NCBI GenBank assembly: GCA_031962025.1
Contig: JAVRKW010000003.1
Strand: one strand, 5' to 3'
Length of the DNA stretch: 64,000 bases
Origin: Pseudothermotoga sp.
GTDB taxonomy: Bacteria; Thermotogota; Thermotogae; Thermotogales; DSM-5069
Every line of letters starts with the position of its first letter. Within the stretch, counting starts at the first letter, position 1. Shown piece by piece: positions 37,701-47,599 of this stretch. The notes below the pieces were generated by a model, which did not search any database, was not told the DNA's origin, and saw only the letters and a program-made list of their open reading frames with translations. The position numbers and the translations under genes are program-made.

Positions 37701-40628
37701 GTGAGGTGGATAGTAAAGCAGGTTGATCAGCAACAGGTTCGGTTGCTGTGTGATCAGTTACAGATAAGCCCTTTTCTTGCAAAATTACTGATAAACAGAG
37801 GTTTGAAAGAACCTGAGCTTGTGTATAATTTTTTAAATCCAAGTGTGGAAGATCTGCACGATCCGATGTATTTAACCGATATGGATCGTGCTGTTGGTTT
37901 GTTATTTCAAGCCAGAGCACATCGTTTACCCGTTTTGATTTATGGAGACTACGATGTCGATGGAATAACGGGTGTTGCCGTACTTAAAGAATTCCTGGAC
38001 AGATATGGCTGGGTCACGGAATACTACATTCCAAAGAGAATGGACGAGGGGTATGGTATACAGCCTTCCGTGATTGAGCAGTTCTGTAAAAGATGCAAGG
38101 GAATCATTTTGACTGTTGATTGTGGTATTACCGCTTTTGAAGCGATCGACTTTGCTAACTCTTTTGATTGCCCCGTTATAGTTACAGACCATCACGAAGT
38201 TGGAGAAAAACTCCCGAAGGCTACGGCTATCATTGATCCCAAAAGAGCGGACGACAGTTATCCCTTCAAAGATCTGGCTGGTGTTGGAGTTGCTTTTAAA
38301 CTTGTCTGTGCACTTGCTGAACAGATGAAAATCAACTTGGAAGAATTTTCCGATCTGCTTGAATTTGTAGCGCTTGGTACGATTGCAGATATGGTCAGAC
38401 TGGTCGATGAGAATCGTTTTCTGGTGAAGGCTGGCTTACAAAGATTGAGACAAACAAAAAGACCAGGGTTGTCAATGCTGTTTTCACGGCTTTGCATAAC
38501 TGAGCCAGACTCGAGGGATATTGGTTACAGGGTTGCTCCAAAGTTGAACGCAGCAGGAAGGCTTGATTATGCAGATGATGCATTTCAGCTTCTGGTTGCT
38601 AAGGATAAAGTATACGCTGAGAGACTCGTGGAACTTCTTTTTGAGTACAACACGACAAGACAGGAAATCGAGGCTGATATCTTTGCTCATGCCGTTGAAC
38701 AGATAGAAGAATATGAACTGCATAAAGATCCGGTTATAGTTGTAAAAGGACGGGATTGGCACGTTGGTGTGATAGGTATCGTTGCAACACGACTGGTTCA
38801 CAGATATGGAAGACCTGTTATGGTCATATCGGAAACTGAGGGAGTTGCACGAGGTTCTGCACGAAGTGTACCGGAGGTCAATCTCATTGAGTTGCTTCAG
38901 CCACTGTCTTCTTATTTCAAAGAATTCGGTGGTCATTCGCTGGCTGTCGGATTCAGTTTAAATCCAGACGGGATAGACCCTTTCATCGAAGCTCTGAGAA
39001 ATTGCAAGATTCCAATTAGAGATTCTTTTGACATCATAGAAATAGATGATGAGATTCAGTTGGAGCAAATTGATGAACAGATGATGAAAGATTTGCAGTT
39101 ACTTGAACCATTTGGTCATGGTAATCCTGAGCCTGTCTTTCTTTCAAAAAATGTGCCTGTGGAGTTTATAAGAACTTTCGGTCAAAACCATGTAAATGTC
39201 AAAATGCTGATTCGTGCCAATGGAAAAAGAATAGAAGCGCTCGGTTTTGGGCTGGGATATCTGCTGGATAAACCAGGCTATGAATCTACCAGTGTTGATA
39301 TCGTTTTCAGTATAAGAAACCACAAAGCCCCACTGTCTTTGAATATCATGGACCTATCTTTGCCTGAAAAAGTTTATGAGTCAAGCGACGGTAGCGAGAT
39401 ATCACAGAAACTGCTTCACCTTGATCAACTGTTAACCCAGATAAAAGGGAAACGCCTGTACATCCTTGACCTTAGAACGAGAAATGCGTTTTTGTACTGG
39501 CTGAAAGAAAAAACAAACCTGAGGTGTGCTGTCATTTCCATAAACAACGTTATTTCTTCACATCTGCACCAGAGCCTTTTAAGGCATGTCCAGAGCAGGA
39601 TATCTTATGTAAATTCTTTGAACAGAAATGCTTCTGATAGATTCACTTTTATGACACTTTCGTATTTTTTGAGTGAAAAGGACAAGCTTTACAATCAGTA
39701 TGATATCTTTTTGATCAACGAACTTTCACTGTTCAGATTTTTTGAAGATCAACCACAGGTTGCTGATTTTCTTGGATTTGTAGAAAGGAACATTCAAAAA
39801 TTCATAGCGATAAGCGTGAAGAACCCGGATGATTTATTCAATTTCGCCGCAAAACTCGGTTTTGAAATATCTTACGAAAGATCGCTGAAGCTCAACTACG
39901 GTTTGGCAGACATATCAGATGACATTGACTCGGTTCTGAATGATGCTTCCTGCTTTTTGTTCTCCGACCAGCGAAAATTGTCAGATTTCTACAAAAGATT
40001 CAAAGATAGGTGGAACAACAGAGAAGTTCTCATATACTCGCATACACTCAAACCGGCTCAGCGTTTGAGCGTGGTCAGCAGTGTTAGAAAAAGAAAACCC
40101 ATTAAGCTGATTAGCTCTACGAATACCGATGGCTTGCCGGCACTTCTGGGTCAAGACGTGGAAATTGCTGTTCTCGATGCACCTTTGAGTCTATTTGAGT
40201 TACTGGATGCCGTTTCCTGCGATGGAGATAATCAGCTCTTTGATCTGTGTTTTAAAAGCGAGAGTATTTATGAAAGGCAAAATGAGCTTGAAGAACTTTT
40301 TCCTTCAAAAGAATTTGTGAATGAAATAATATCGGATGTTGGCAATGGTGAAATGAATCAGGAAGAATTTCTCAACATGCTTGTACAGCAAGGTCGTTTC
40401 AAAAATCCATCCTATGCAAAAGTAGTGCTGAATATTCTCAAAGACCTTGGAGCTGTTATTAACCCTGAAAAGATTTCCTTTGCTCAGATAGATCTTTCAC
40501 GAACACCTGTGAGAATCATGGAAAGAGAACTTGAACTTGCTTATTTTCATAAAGTGACAAAACCATTTTTGATGCAGAAAGTGAAGGGTATCTACAGAGC
40601 ACTGGCAAATGTGAGAACGGTGATTTGA
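37701..40628 (+). CDS. recJ: ssDNA-specific exonuclease RecJ with ~430-aa C-terminal degenerate helicase-like extension
   Basis: GDYDVDG, TVDCG, TDHH, GTIAD, NAAGR, GSARS, FGGH, LEPFGHGNPEP. Confidence 0.93.
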   Translation: MRWIVKQVDQQQVRLLCDQLQISPFLAKLLINRGLKEPELVYNFLNPSVEDLHDPMYLTDMDRAVGLLFQARAHRLPVLIYGDYDVDGITGVAVLKEFLDRYGWVTEYYIPKRMDEGYGIQPSVIEQFCKRCKGIILTVDCGITAFEAIDFANSFDCPVIVTDHHEVGEKLPKATAIIDPKRADDSYPFKDLAGVGVAFKLVCALAEQMKINLEEFSDLLEFVALGTIADMVRLVDENRFLVKAGLQRLRQTKRPGLSMLFSRLCITEPDSRDIGYRVAPKLNAAGRLDYADDAFQLLVAKDKVYAERLVELLFEYNTTRQEIEADIFAHAVEQIEEYELHKDPVIVVKGRDWHVGVIGIVATRLVHRYGRPVMVISETEGVARGSARSVPEVNLIELLQPLSSYFKEFGGHSLAVGFSLNPDGIDPFIEALRNCKIPIRDSFDIIEIDDEIQLEQIDEQMMKDLQLLEPFGHGNPEPVFLSKNVPVEFIRTFGQNHVNVKMLIRANGKRIEALGFGLGYLLDKPGYESTSVDIVFSIRNHKAPLSLNIMDLSLPEKVYESSDGSEISQKLLHLDQLLTQIKGKRLYILDLRTRNAFLYWLKEKTNLRCAVISINNVISSHLHQSLLRHVQSRISYVNSLNRNASDRFTFMTLSYFLSEKDKLYNQYDIFLINELSLFRFFEDQPQVADFLGFVERNIQKFIAISVKNPDDLFNFAAKLGFEISYERSLKLNYGLADISDDIDSVLNDASCFLFSDQRKLSDFYKRFKDRWNNREVLIYSHTLKPAQRLSVVSSVRKRKPIKLISSTNTDGLPALLGQDVEIAVLDAPLSLFELLDAVSCDGDNQLFDLCFKSESIYERQNELEELFPSKEFVNEIISDVGNGEMNQEEFLNMLVQQGRFKNPSYAKVVLNILKDLGAVINPEKISFAQIDLSRTPVRIMERELELAYFHKVTKPFLMQKVKGIYRALANVRTVI

Positions 40629-41272
40629 TGATCCTTGCGATAGATTACGGCGAAGCAAGATGTGGGCTGGCTCTGGGTGAAAAACTTGCGACAAGGCTCT
40701 GGACGGTCAGCAGACAGAAAATATTTTTTGAAATCTCAAAACTTGCAAATATCAATTGCTTTGTGATAGGGCTACCTCTTTCAATGAGCGGTAGATATTC
40801 ACAGCAGACTTATAAAACCATAGAATTCGCAGAAAAACTCTACATTAAATTTGGTAAAGAGGTTTATTTGATTGACGAAAGACTTTCAACCTATCTTTTC
40901 AAAGGCAGAAAAGATGTGGATCAGCTTAGTGCAGCAGAGATTTTCGACAGGTTTGTTTCGTCGAATGCCAATCGTTATGTGATAAAACCACCAGTCGAGC
41001 TCAGCGATGTGCAACTTGAGAAGGTCAGGAACGTCAAAGGAAAAGTCCTTGTTGCAAATCTTTCTGATGTTAGAGTACTGGCAGATGAGAGCTGGATCGT
41101 TTTTCAAAAAGATCCCTATTATGCGTATCTGTTTCACAAGGCTGGCTGTCATGTTGAGAGAGACCAGCGAAAGTTGGAAAACTTTGCGCCTTTTGATATC
41201 ATCATTGCTGGAGACTCATGTAAGGAATTTGAGTATTTGTTGAAATCAGACGGGAAGATCCTGTGCCTGTAG
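40625..41272 (+). CDS. ruvX: YqgF/RuvX pre-16S rRNA maturation nuclease with C-terminal extension
   Basis: ILAIDYGEARCGLA, VIGLP, IDERLST, VDQLSA. Confidence 0.85.
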   Translation: MMILAIDYGEARCGLALGEKLATRLWTVSRQKIFFEISKLANINCFVIGLPLSMSGRYSQQTYKTIEFAEKLYIKFGKEVYLIDERLSTYLFKGRKDVDQLSAAEIFDRFVSSNANRYVIKPPVELSDVQLEKVRNVKGKVLVANLSDVRVLADESWIVFQKDPYYAYLFHKAGCHVERDQRKLENFAPFDIIIAGDSCKEFEYLLKSDGKILCL

Positions 41273-41339
41273 CTCAAATGGATAGAGCGCTGGACTCCGG
41301 ATCCAGAGGTTGCGGGTTCAACTCCCGCCAGGCACACCA
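41263..41339 (+). tRNA. tRNA-Arg(CCG)
   Basis: GTGCCTG...CTGGA-CTCCGGA-TCCAG...GGTTCAACTCC...CAGGCACACCA. Confidence 0.96.
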
Positions 41340-41384
41340 GATTGTCTCCTGATAAAGACAGGAGAGTTCAGGGAGGTTAAACAA

Positions 41385-42395
41385 ATGCCAAAAGGTGACT
41401 TGGGTATAGATCTTGGTACGGCGAGTTTTATCGTTTATCAAAGAGGTAAGGGCATAGTAATCTTCGAACCTTCTGTTGTTGCAATTTCCGAGAAAACAGG
41501 AGAGATAGTTGCGATTGGTGAAGAGGCAAAAAAGATGCTTGGTAAAACGCCCGATTATTACAGAGCGGTCAAGCCGATGAAAGACGGAGTGATTGCGGAT
41601 TACAAAACCATTGAAGCTGTGATTAAAGAATTCATAAACCGCACTGTGAAAAAGTCATTTCTGTTTAAACCGGAACTCGTCATAGGCATTCCAACAAAGG
41701 CTACAAGTGTAGAAAAAAGAGCGGTTTTTGAGGCTGCATTGAATGCCGGTGCAAGAAAGGTTCACGTGGTTTCTGAGCCACTTGCAGCGGCAATAGGGGC
41801 TGGCATAGAAGTGACAAAATCTCAGGGGAATATGGTTGTAGACATAGGTGGTGGTACAACAGACATCGCCGTGATAAGCCTTGGGGGAGTTGTGATTGGT
41901 GATTCAATAAAAATCGCAGGTGATGCGATGGACGAAGCTATTGTGAGAGCGGTTAGAAGAAAGTATGGACTTGTAATAGGTGAGCCGACAGCAGAACAGG
42001 TGAAGATAAAAATAGGAAAAGTCCATCCTTCTATGGAAACATATCAAATGGAAATAAAAGGTAGAGATGCGGTGACTGGTTTACCCAGAACAGATCAGAT
42101 AAATTCCGATGATGTTCTGGAAACTCTAAAGCCGTTGGTTGAAACGATCATAGGCAGGATCAAGATGGTTCTTGAAAAAACTCCACCAGAACTTGCAGCA
42201 GATATCATCAATCAGGGCATAGTGCTTACAGGTGGCGGAGCTTTGACCAGAGGGCTGGACCTGTTGATGTCCGAAGAACTCGGAGTGAAAGTAATCGTTG
42301 CGGAAGATCCTATAACATGTGTGGCAAAAGGTACTGGAATTTTGCTGGATGATCAGGAACTTTTGAAGGTGGTGGCGACTTCTTATTCGAGGTGA
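41385..42395 (+). CDS. mreB: Rod shape-determining actin homolog (MreB/Mbl)
   Basis: GIDLGT, EPSVVA, DIGGGTT, LTGGGA; ATG after GGGAGG. Confidence 0.93.
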   Translation: MPKGDLGIDLGTASFIVYQRGKGIVIFEPSVVAISEKTGEIVAIGEEAKKMLGKTPDYYRAVKPMKDGVIADYKTIEAVIKEFINRTVKKSFLFKPELVIGIPTKATSVEKRAVFEAALNAGARKVHVVSEPLAAAIGAGIEVTKSQGNMVVDIGGGTTDIAVISLGGVVIGDSIKIAGDAMDEAIVRAVRRKYGLVIGEPTAEQVKIKIGKVHPSMETYQMEIKGRDAVTGLPRTDQINSDDVLETLKPLVETIIGRIKMVLEKTPPELAADIINQGIVLTGGGALTRGLDLLMSEELGVKVIVAEDPITCVAKGTGILLDDQELLKVVATSYSR

Positions 42396-42399
42396 TAAT

Positions 42400-43149
42400 G
42401 TGGTAAGGGGAATCTACACAGCGGCGATGGGAATGTTACTCGATGTGGCTAAGGTTGATACAACAGCCAACAACCTTGCAAACGTTGAAACCATAGGGTA
42501 CAAAAAAGACAGATTAGCCTTCAGGGCTTATCAGGATCGTGAAATCTACGCTTTACCGAACAAAAGAAATCCCATCGGTAGTCTGACATACAGTGCGGTC
42601 CTTGACGATGTTTACCTTGATACTTCCCATGGTGTTTTTCAGCAAACCGATAATCCGCTCGATCTTGCAATATATTCAGATGGTTATTTTGCTTTGCAGG
42701 CAGAAGATGGTATTTACTATACCAGGGCTGGCAACTTCAAAGTCGATGCTGAAGGCTATATAGTGAATACAGATGGGTTGAGACTTTTAGATGAAAACAA
42801 CCAGCCCATACAGTTTCTTGACGGTTACAGCATAGATCAGGATGGGTATGTGAAAGATAGATTCAACAACGTTGTTACAAGAATTGGTGTATATACTTTT
42901 GAGGATCAATCACAGCTCAGGAAAATAGGTTATACACTCTTTGAGCCCACTATTGAAAGTGGTCAAGCGGTTGCCGCAGAAGATTTTAGGATTTTACCAG
43001 GTTATGTTGAATTATCAAATGTAAATGCAATTTTGGAGATGACAAAACTGATCGAAGCCCAGAGACATTTTGAAATATCACAAAAGGTTGTTGTGGTTGA
43101 AGATGAAATGCTGGCGAAGCTGACAAGCCAAGTTGGTTCTACAAGATAG
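42400..43149 (+). CDS. flgF: Flagellar basal-body rod protein FlgF
   Basis: ANNLAN, TDNPLDLAI, YTRAGNF, ELSNVN. Confidence 0.8.
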   Translation: MVRGIYTAAMGMLLDVAKVDTTANNLANVETIGYKKDRLAFRAYQDREIYALPNKRNPIGSLTYSAVLDDVYLDTSHGVFQQTDNPLDLAIYSDGYFALQAEDGIYYTRAGNFKVDAEGYIVNTDGLRLLDENNQPIQFLDGYSIDQDGYVKDRFNNVVTRIGVYTFEDQSQLRKIGYTLFEPTIESGQAVAAEDFRILPGYVELSNVNAILEMTKLIEAQRHFEISQKVVVVEDEMLAKLTSQVGSTR

Positions 43150-43165
43150 CAGGAGGTGCTCAAAG

Positions 43166-43951
43166 ATGATGGTTTCTCTGTATTCAGCGGCAACTGGTAT
43201 GTGGGCTCAACAGTATAAACTGGACACTGTTTCTAACAACCTTGCAAATGTCGACACGACAAGTTACAAGAAAGTCCGTGCCGAATTTCAGGATCTTGTC
43301 TATCAGTATTACAAGAATGCCGGTACACCCACCGCTGTTAATTCAACGATACCAACGGGAATCTATTTTGGTCATGGAACAAGATTGGCTGCCACAACGA
43401 AGATTTTTTCCCTGGGTAATATGGAGCACACGGGTAATGCACTCGATGTGGCAATTACAGGTGATGGTTTTTTCCAGATACAGCTTCAGGATGGTAGAAT
43501 TGCTTACACAAGAGATGGTTCTTTCAAGATAGACAGCAATGGTACCGTTGTAACGGCAAACGGTCTTGCACTGGTACCAAATATCACCGTTCCCGCAGAT
43601 GCAGTTGCAATAAACATTTCACCTGATGGAATTTTCTCTGTTGAAATGCAGGATGGTACGATACAGAATCTTGGTACTATAACGCTTGTTCGGTTTGTGA
43701 ATCCTTCTGGTTTGAAGTCAATTGGTGATAATCTGTACCTACAAACAACTGCTTCAGGTGCGCCAATAGAAGGTACACCCAATCAGGACGGCTTCGGAGC
43801 TCTGCAACAGGGTTATCTGGAAAAATCAAATGTGGATGTTGTCAAAGAAATGGTTGATATGATCACTGCGCAAAGGGCATATGAACTGAACGCGCGAACG
43901 ATTCAGACTGCTGATAGTATGCTCCAAACCGTTTCCACACTCAAGAGATAA
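43166..43951 (+). CDS. flgG: Flagellar distal rod protein FlgG
   Basis: SNNLAN, FQDLVYQ, YTRDGSF, LEKSNV, AQRAYE. Confidence 0.92.
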   Translation: MMVSLYSAATGMWAQQYKLDTVSNNLANVDTTSYKKVRAEFQDLVYQYYKNAGTPTAVNSTIPTGIYFGHGTRLAATTKIFSLGNMEHTGNALDVAITGDGFFQIQLQDGRIAYTRDGSFKIDSNGTVVTANGLALVPNITVPADAVAINISPDGIFSVEMQDGTIQNLGTITLVRFVNPSGLKSIGDNLYLQTTASGAPIEGTPNQDGFGALQQGYLEKSNVDVVKEMVDMITAQRAYELNARTIQTADSMLQTVSTLKR

Positions 43952-44000
43952 TTTGGTTCTTTTCGCGGATGCGCATCCGCCTTTCTCCAGTTGAGAAAGG

Positions 44001-44675
44001 ATGGAAAAGGTGAAAAAGTTAATTCTGTTACTGCTATCATTCCAGGTCTTACTTTGTGGTAGTGATCTACTGCACCGCGTACAGGATGGTGTTTTACAGT
44101 ACCTGCTTGCAAAATTCGGTGACGATGCAACGGTTACAAATCTTCAGTTTAAACAAGATATTCCTCCATCAGACGACTTTCAGATACTCTCCCACAGTCT
44201 TTACGATGGAAAAGTGAATTTATTGATCAAATTCCTTCAGAATGGTTCTTTTTCAGGATACATTCAAGCTGTTGCGACTGTTTCTGTTTTAAGGAATGTT
44301 CTGATATCTCGCAGAATTATTAAGAGCGGTGAAGTGATAAAGCCAGAAGATGTGTCACTCGTTCAGTTAGATGTCTTTGGAAAGAGCGGACAATTCACAG
44401 ATAAGATCGAAGATGTGGTGGGAAAATTAAGCAAGAAAATGATCAAACAAGGTGAACCGATAGATCTTTTTTATCTTACCAGACCACCGGATGTCAAAGC
44501 AGGACAGGTTTTACCTGCGACGATTCAAATAGGTTCGGTGATGATTACGACTTTTGTGAGAGTTGTGCAGGATGGGAATTTTGGAGAGATTATCAAAGCC
44601 AGAAATATTTCGACGGGTTTTTTAATACAGGGAATACTCAAAGAAGATTACTCAATACATGTCATTGGGAGTTGA
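44001..44675 (+). CDS. flgA: Flagellar P-ring formation chaperone FlgA
   Basis: Signal peptide, SAF domain (RIIKSGEVIKPEDV), DGNFGEIIKARN; synteny. Confidence 0.8.
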   Translation: MEKVKKLILLLLSFQVLLCGSDLLHRVQDGVLQYLLAKFGDDATVTNLQFKQDIPPSDDFQILSHSLYDGKVNLLIKFLQNGSFSGYIQAVATVSVLRNVLISRRIIKSGEVIKPEDVSLVQLDVFGKSGQFTDKIEDVVGKLSKKMIKQGEPIDLFYLTRPPDVKAGQVLPATIQIGSVMITTFVRVVQDGNFGEIIKARNISTGFLIQGILKEDYSIHVIGS

Positions 44676-44679
44676 GATT

Positions 44680-45273
44680 GTGAAGAAAATTTTTGCTTTT
44701 TTGATTTTGATTCAGGCATTGATCATCTCTGGTACGTCACTGTGGAACAGTTCTACAAACAACCAGTTTAAAAACATACTGGGCGATCGAAAGGCAAGTA
44801 AAGTGGGAGATATTGTTACTATCATTGTGAAAGAGGCACCAAAGATCAATGCATCGAGCGAAAACACAGCCTTTGAGAATGCGTTGATGAATCTTTTTAC
44901 AGGTGCTGTGAAAAACATTACGCAGTTTGACCTGTCACAGTTCATACCCATAAAGAACAACTCCACACAGCAAAGATCAGCACAAATGAGTTCCACAGTT
45001 GCCCTTACACTCTCGGCTGTGGTAGTTGACACAAGCAATGGGAATTTTATCATCGAAGGAAACAAGAAGCTCAAGGTAGGAGAACAGCTCAGCGAAATAA
45101 TTATAAGAGGAACGGTGAGACCTGACGATATATCTTCGGATAATACCGTTGATTCTTCGAAAATTGCAAACTGTCAGATATGGGTGAACGGTCAGCTCGT
45201 TTTCAGGCAGAATCCAGATCAGGAGTCGTGGCTGGATTACATCCTATCGGCGATTGCAAAGTGGTTTCTGTGA
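44680..45273 (+). CDS. flgH: Flagellar L-ring protein FlgH
   Basis: DRKASKVGDIVTI, NGNFIIEG, GTVRPDDI...NTVDSSKIAN. Confidence 0.88.
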   Translation: MKKIFAFLILIQALIISGTSLWNSSTNNQFKNILGDRKASKVGDIVTIIVKEAPKINASSENTAFENALMNLFTGAVKNITQFDLSQFIPIKNNSTQQRSAQMSSTVALTLSAVVVDTSNGNFIIEGNKKLKVGEQLSEIIIRGTVRPDDISSDNTVDSSKIANCQIWVNGQLVFRQNPDQESWLDYILSAIAKWFL

Positions 45274-45282
45274 GGTGAAATC

Positions 45283-46281
45283 ATGAGAAAGGCACTGTTT
45301 ATTTTCCTGTTGATCTTTCTGACAGTTCAGTTGTTTTCCACAACGCGCATAAAGGATATAGCTGTTTTCAGAGGTGCACGGGACAACCAGCTTTTTGGAC
45401 TGGGAGTTGTCGTTGGTTTGAATGGTACGGGAGACTCTGGAAAGGTTAATTCGACTTTGCTGGCAAATATGGCAAAGGTTTTTAACATCAGCATAGATGC
45501 CGCCGATCTCAAGACAAGAAACAGCGCCCTTGTGATGGTCTTAGCCGATATACCTCCGTTTTACAAAGAAGGTATGAGGCTCGACGTGACAGTTGCGTCA
45601 ATAGGAGATGCGAAATCTCTGCAGGGAGGGATATTGATTCAAACTCCACTGTATGGTGCCGATGGTCATGTATATGCGGTGGCACAGGGAAATGTCAGCG
45701 TTGGTGGAGCTGAAGTGAAGGTCTCTGCAAATCTGCAGAATAAGTACAAAATAGTTGGTTACATCCCAAACGGTGCAATAGTTGAAAAGGAAATTCCATC
45801 GGAATTTGTGGAATCAAATAACGTCACCATTTTACTCAGAACACCTGATTTCACAACGGCAGCCAGAGTTGCACAGGCGATAAATACAACCTTTGACAGA
45901 AAGATAGCAAAGGCGGTCGATGCATCTTCAATCAGAACACAGGTACCTTCTGCTTTTGAGGACGATATAGTTACTTTCCTTTCGTTGATTGAAGAGATAG
46001 AAATTTCTGTTGACCAGCCCGCAAGAGTTGTAATAAATGAGAAAACAGGGACAGTTGTCTTTGGAGGAAATGTGAGAGTTTTGGACTTCACGCTTTCATA
46101 CGGTGTTTTCAATATAAGCGTCAAAAACGGAAAGGTTCTGTCTGACAAACAAACAGATGCAACGGTCTCGGAGCTGGTAACAGCTCTGAAAAGTCTTGGT
46201 GCAACACCTCAAGATATCATAGCCATTCTCCAGACGATGCACAGTGCGGGTGTCCTGCTCGCAGATCTGGTGGTGATGTGA
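45283..46281 (+). CDS. flgI: Flagellar P-ring protein FlgI
   Basis: RIKDI, GVVVGLNGTGD, GDAKSLQGG, ARVVINEKTGTVV. Confidence 0.93.
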   Translation: MRKALFIFLLIFLTVQLFSTTRIKDIAVFRGARDNQLFGLGVVVGLNGTGDSGKVNSTLLANMAKVFNISIDAADLKTRNSALVMVLADIPPFYKEGMRLDVTVASIGDAKSLQGGILIQTPLYGADGHVYAVAQGNVSVGGAEVKVSANLQNKYKIVGYIPNGAIVEKEIPSEFVESNNVTILLRTPDFTTAARVAQAINTTFDRKIAKAVDASSIRTQVPSAFEDDIVTFLSLIEEIEISVDQPARVVINEKTGTVVFGGNVRVLDFTLSYGVFNISVKNGKVLSDKQTDATVSELVTALKSLGATPQDIIAILQTMHSAGVLLADLVVM

Positions 46282-46541
46282 TGATTTCTCAAGTTTCGGG
46301 TGTTAAGCAGTCCGATAAACTCTGGAATGCGTGCTCTGAATTTGTAGGTTCTCTTTTCTACGATATCTTTAAAAAGATGTATGAATCCATACCCCAGTCT
46401 GATCTTATACCAAAAAGTTCCACTGAAAAGTGGTTTACCAATATGCTGTTGTATGAATATTCAAAACAGGCGGCAAAGGACGACTTGAAACCGCTTGTTG
46501 ATATGGTCTATAAAAAACTTGCCACAAAGATTTATCAGTGA
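46278..46541 (+). CDS. flgJ: Short FlgJ (rod-binding domain only)
   Basis: LWNACSEF...KKMYES...FTNML pattern; follows flgI. Confidence 0.7.
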   Translation: MMISQVSGVKQSDKLWNACSEFVGSLFYDIFKKMYESIPQSDLIPKSSTEKWFTNMLLYEYSKQAAKDDLKPLVDMVYKKLATKIYQ

Positions 46542-47599
46542 GCTGAAATGGTGTTTTTTTCTTTGAGCAATTTTACGAGTTCATCCTCAAGAAGCCTGGT
46601 TATCAGTTCGTCCAGATCGCCGTCCAGGATCTCTTTGAGTCTGTAAGTGGTGTAGTTTATTCTGTGATCTGTCACGCGATTTTGTGGAAAATTATAGGTT
46701 CTGATTTTTTCGCTTCTTTCGGCTGTGCCTATCTGACTTTTTCTCTGCTGTGAGAGTTGTGCAGAGATCTTTTCCTGTTCCATCTCATAGAGTTTTGCAC
46801 GCAATATCGATAGTGCCCTTTCACGGTTTTGATGCTGCGACCTTTCACTTTGACAGGATACGATCATTCCAGTTGGAAGATGTGTTATTCTCACAGCCGA
46901 CTCGGTTTTGTTCACATATTGCCCACCATGTCCCGATGCTTTGAAGGTATCGATTTTTATATCTTTTGGATCTATGTATATCTCAACATCAGAAACCTCT
47001 GGCAGTACTGCAACTGTGGCTGTTGAAGTGTGTATTCTCCCGGAAGACTCGGTCACAGGGATTCTCTGAACTCTGTGTACGCCGCTCTCCAGTCTCAAGA
47101 ATTTGTATGCCGACTTACCTTTTATGAGAAAAACGACTTCTTTAAAACCACCAAGACCGGTGTCATGAAAATCGTAGAGTTCTATCTGCCAACCTTTTCT
47201 CTCTGCATATCTTGTGTACATGCGGTACAAATCTGCTGCAAACAGAGCTGCTTCCTCACCACCTGTACCCGCTCTGATCTCAACAATGACGTTGTTGTGT
47301 TCCTTGATCGGAAGAAGCCGTGATATCAAATCTGTCATCTTTTTTTCATATTCTTTTTCTGCTTTCTCAAGTTCGATCTGGGCAGAAGGATCTTCCTGCA
47401 GAATTTGCTGCCAGAAATCGATTTCTTCCTGAATTTTTTTCAGCTGCTGATATGTTTCAAGGATTTCTTTTAGGTTAGAGTATTCAACAGACAGCGATTT
47501 GATCTGCTCAGGGTCGAGATTGGAACTTGTCAGCTTGATTTCCAGCTCACCGACCTTGTCGCTGATCTTTTGGATCACAGATTCCACAACGTCCATCAT
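46535..47599 (-). CDS. prfA: Peptide chain release factor 1
   Basis: [14 protein letters not shown] motif, [11 protein letters not shown]. Confidence 0.96.
   Translation of the reverse strand: MMDVVESVIQKISDKVGELEIKLTSSNLDPEQIKSLSVEYSNLKEILETYQQLKKIQEEIDFWQQILQEDPSAQIELEKAEKEYEKKMTDLISRLLPIKEHNNVIVEIRAGTGGEEAALFAADLYRMYTRYAERKGWQIELYDFHDTGLGGFKEVVFLIKGKSAYKFLRLESGVHRVQRIPVTESSGRIHTSTATVAVLPEVSDVEIYIDPKDIKIDTFKASGHGGQYVNKTESAVRITHLPTGMIVSCQSERSQHQNRERALSILRAKLYEMEQEKISAQLSQQRKSQIGTAERSEKIRTYNFPQNRVTDHRINYTTYRLKEILDGDLDELITRLLEDELVKLLKEKNTISAH

Noticed and set aside
41310..41384. N-terminal extension of mreB
   Set aside because: Lies in tRNA-Arg and its trailer hairpin; GGGAGG supports ATG 41385
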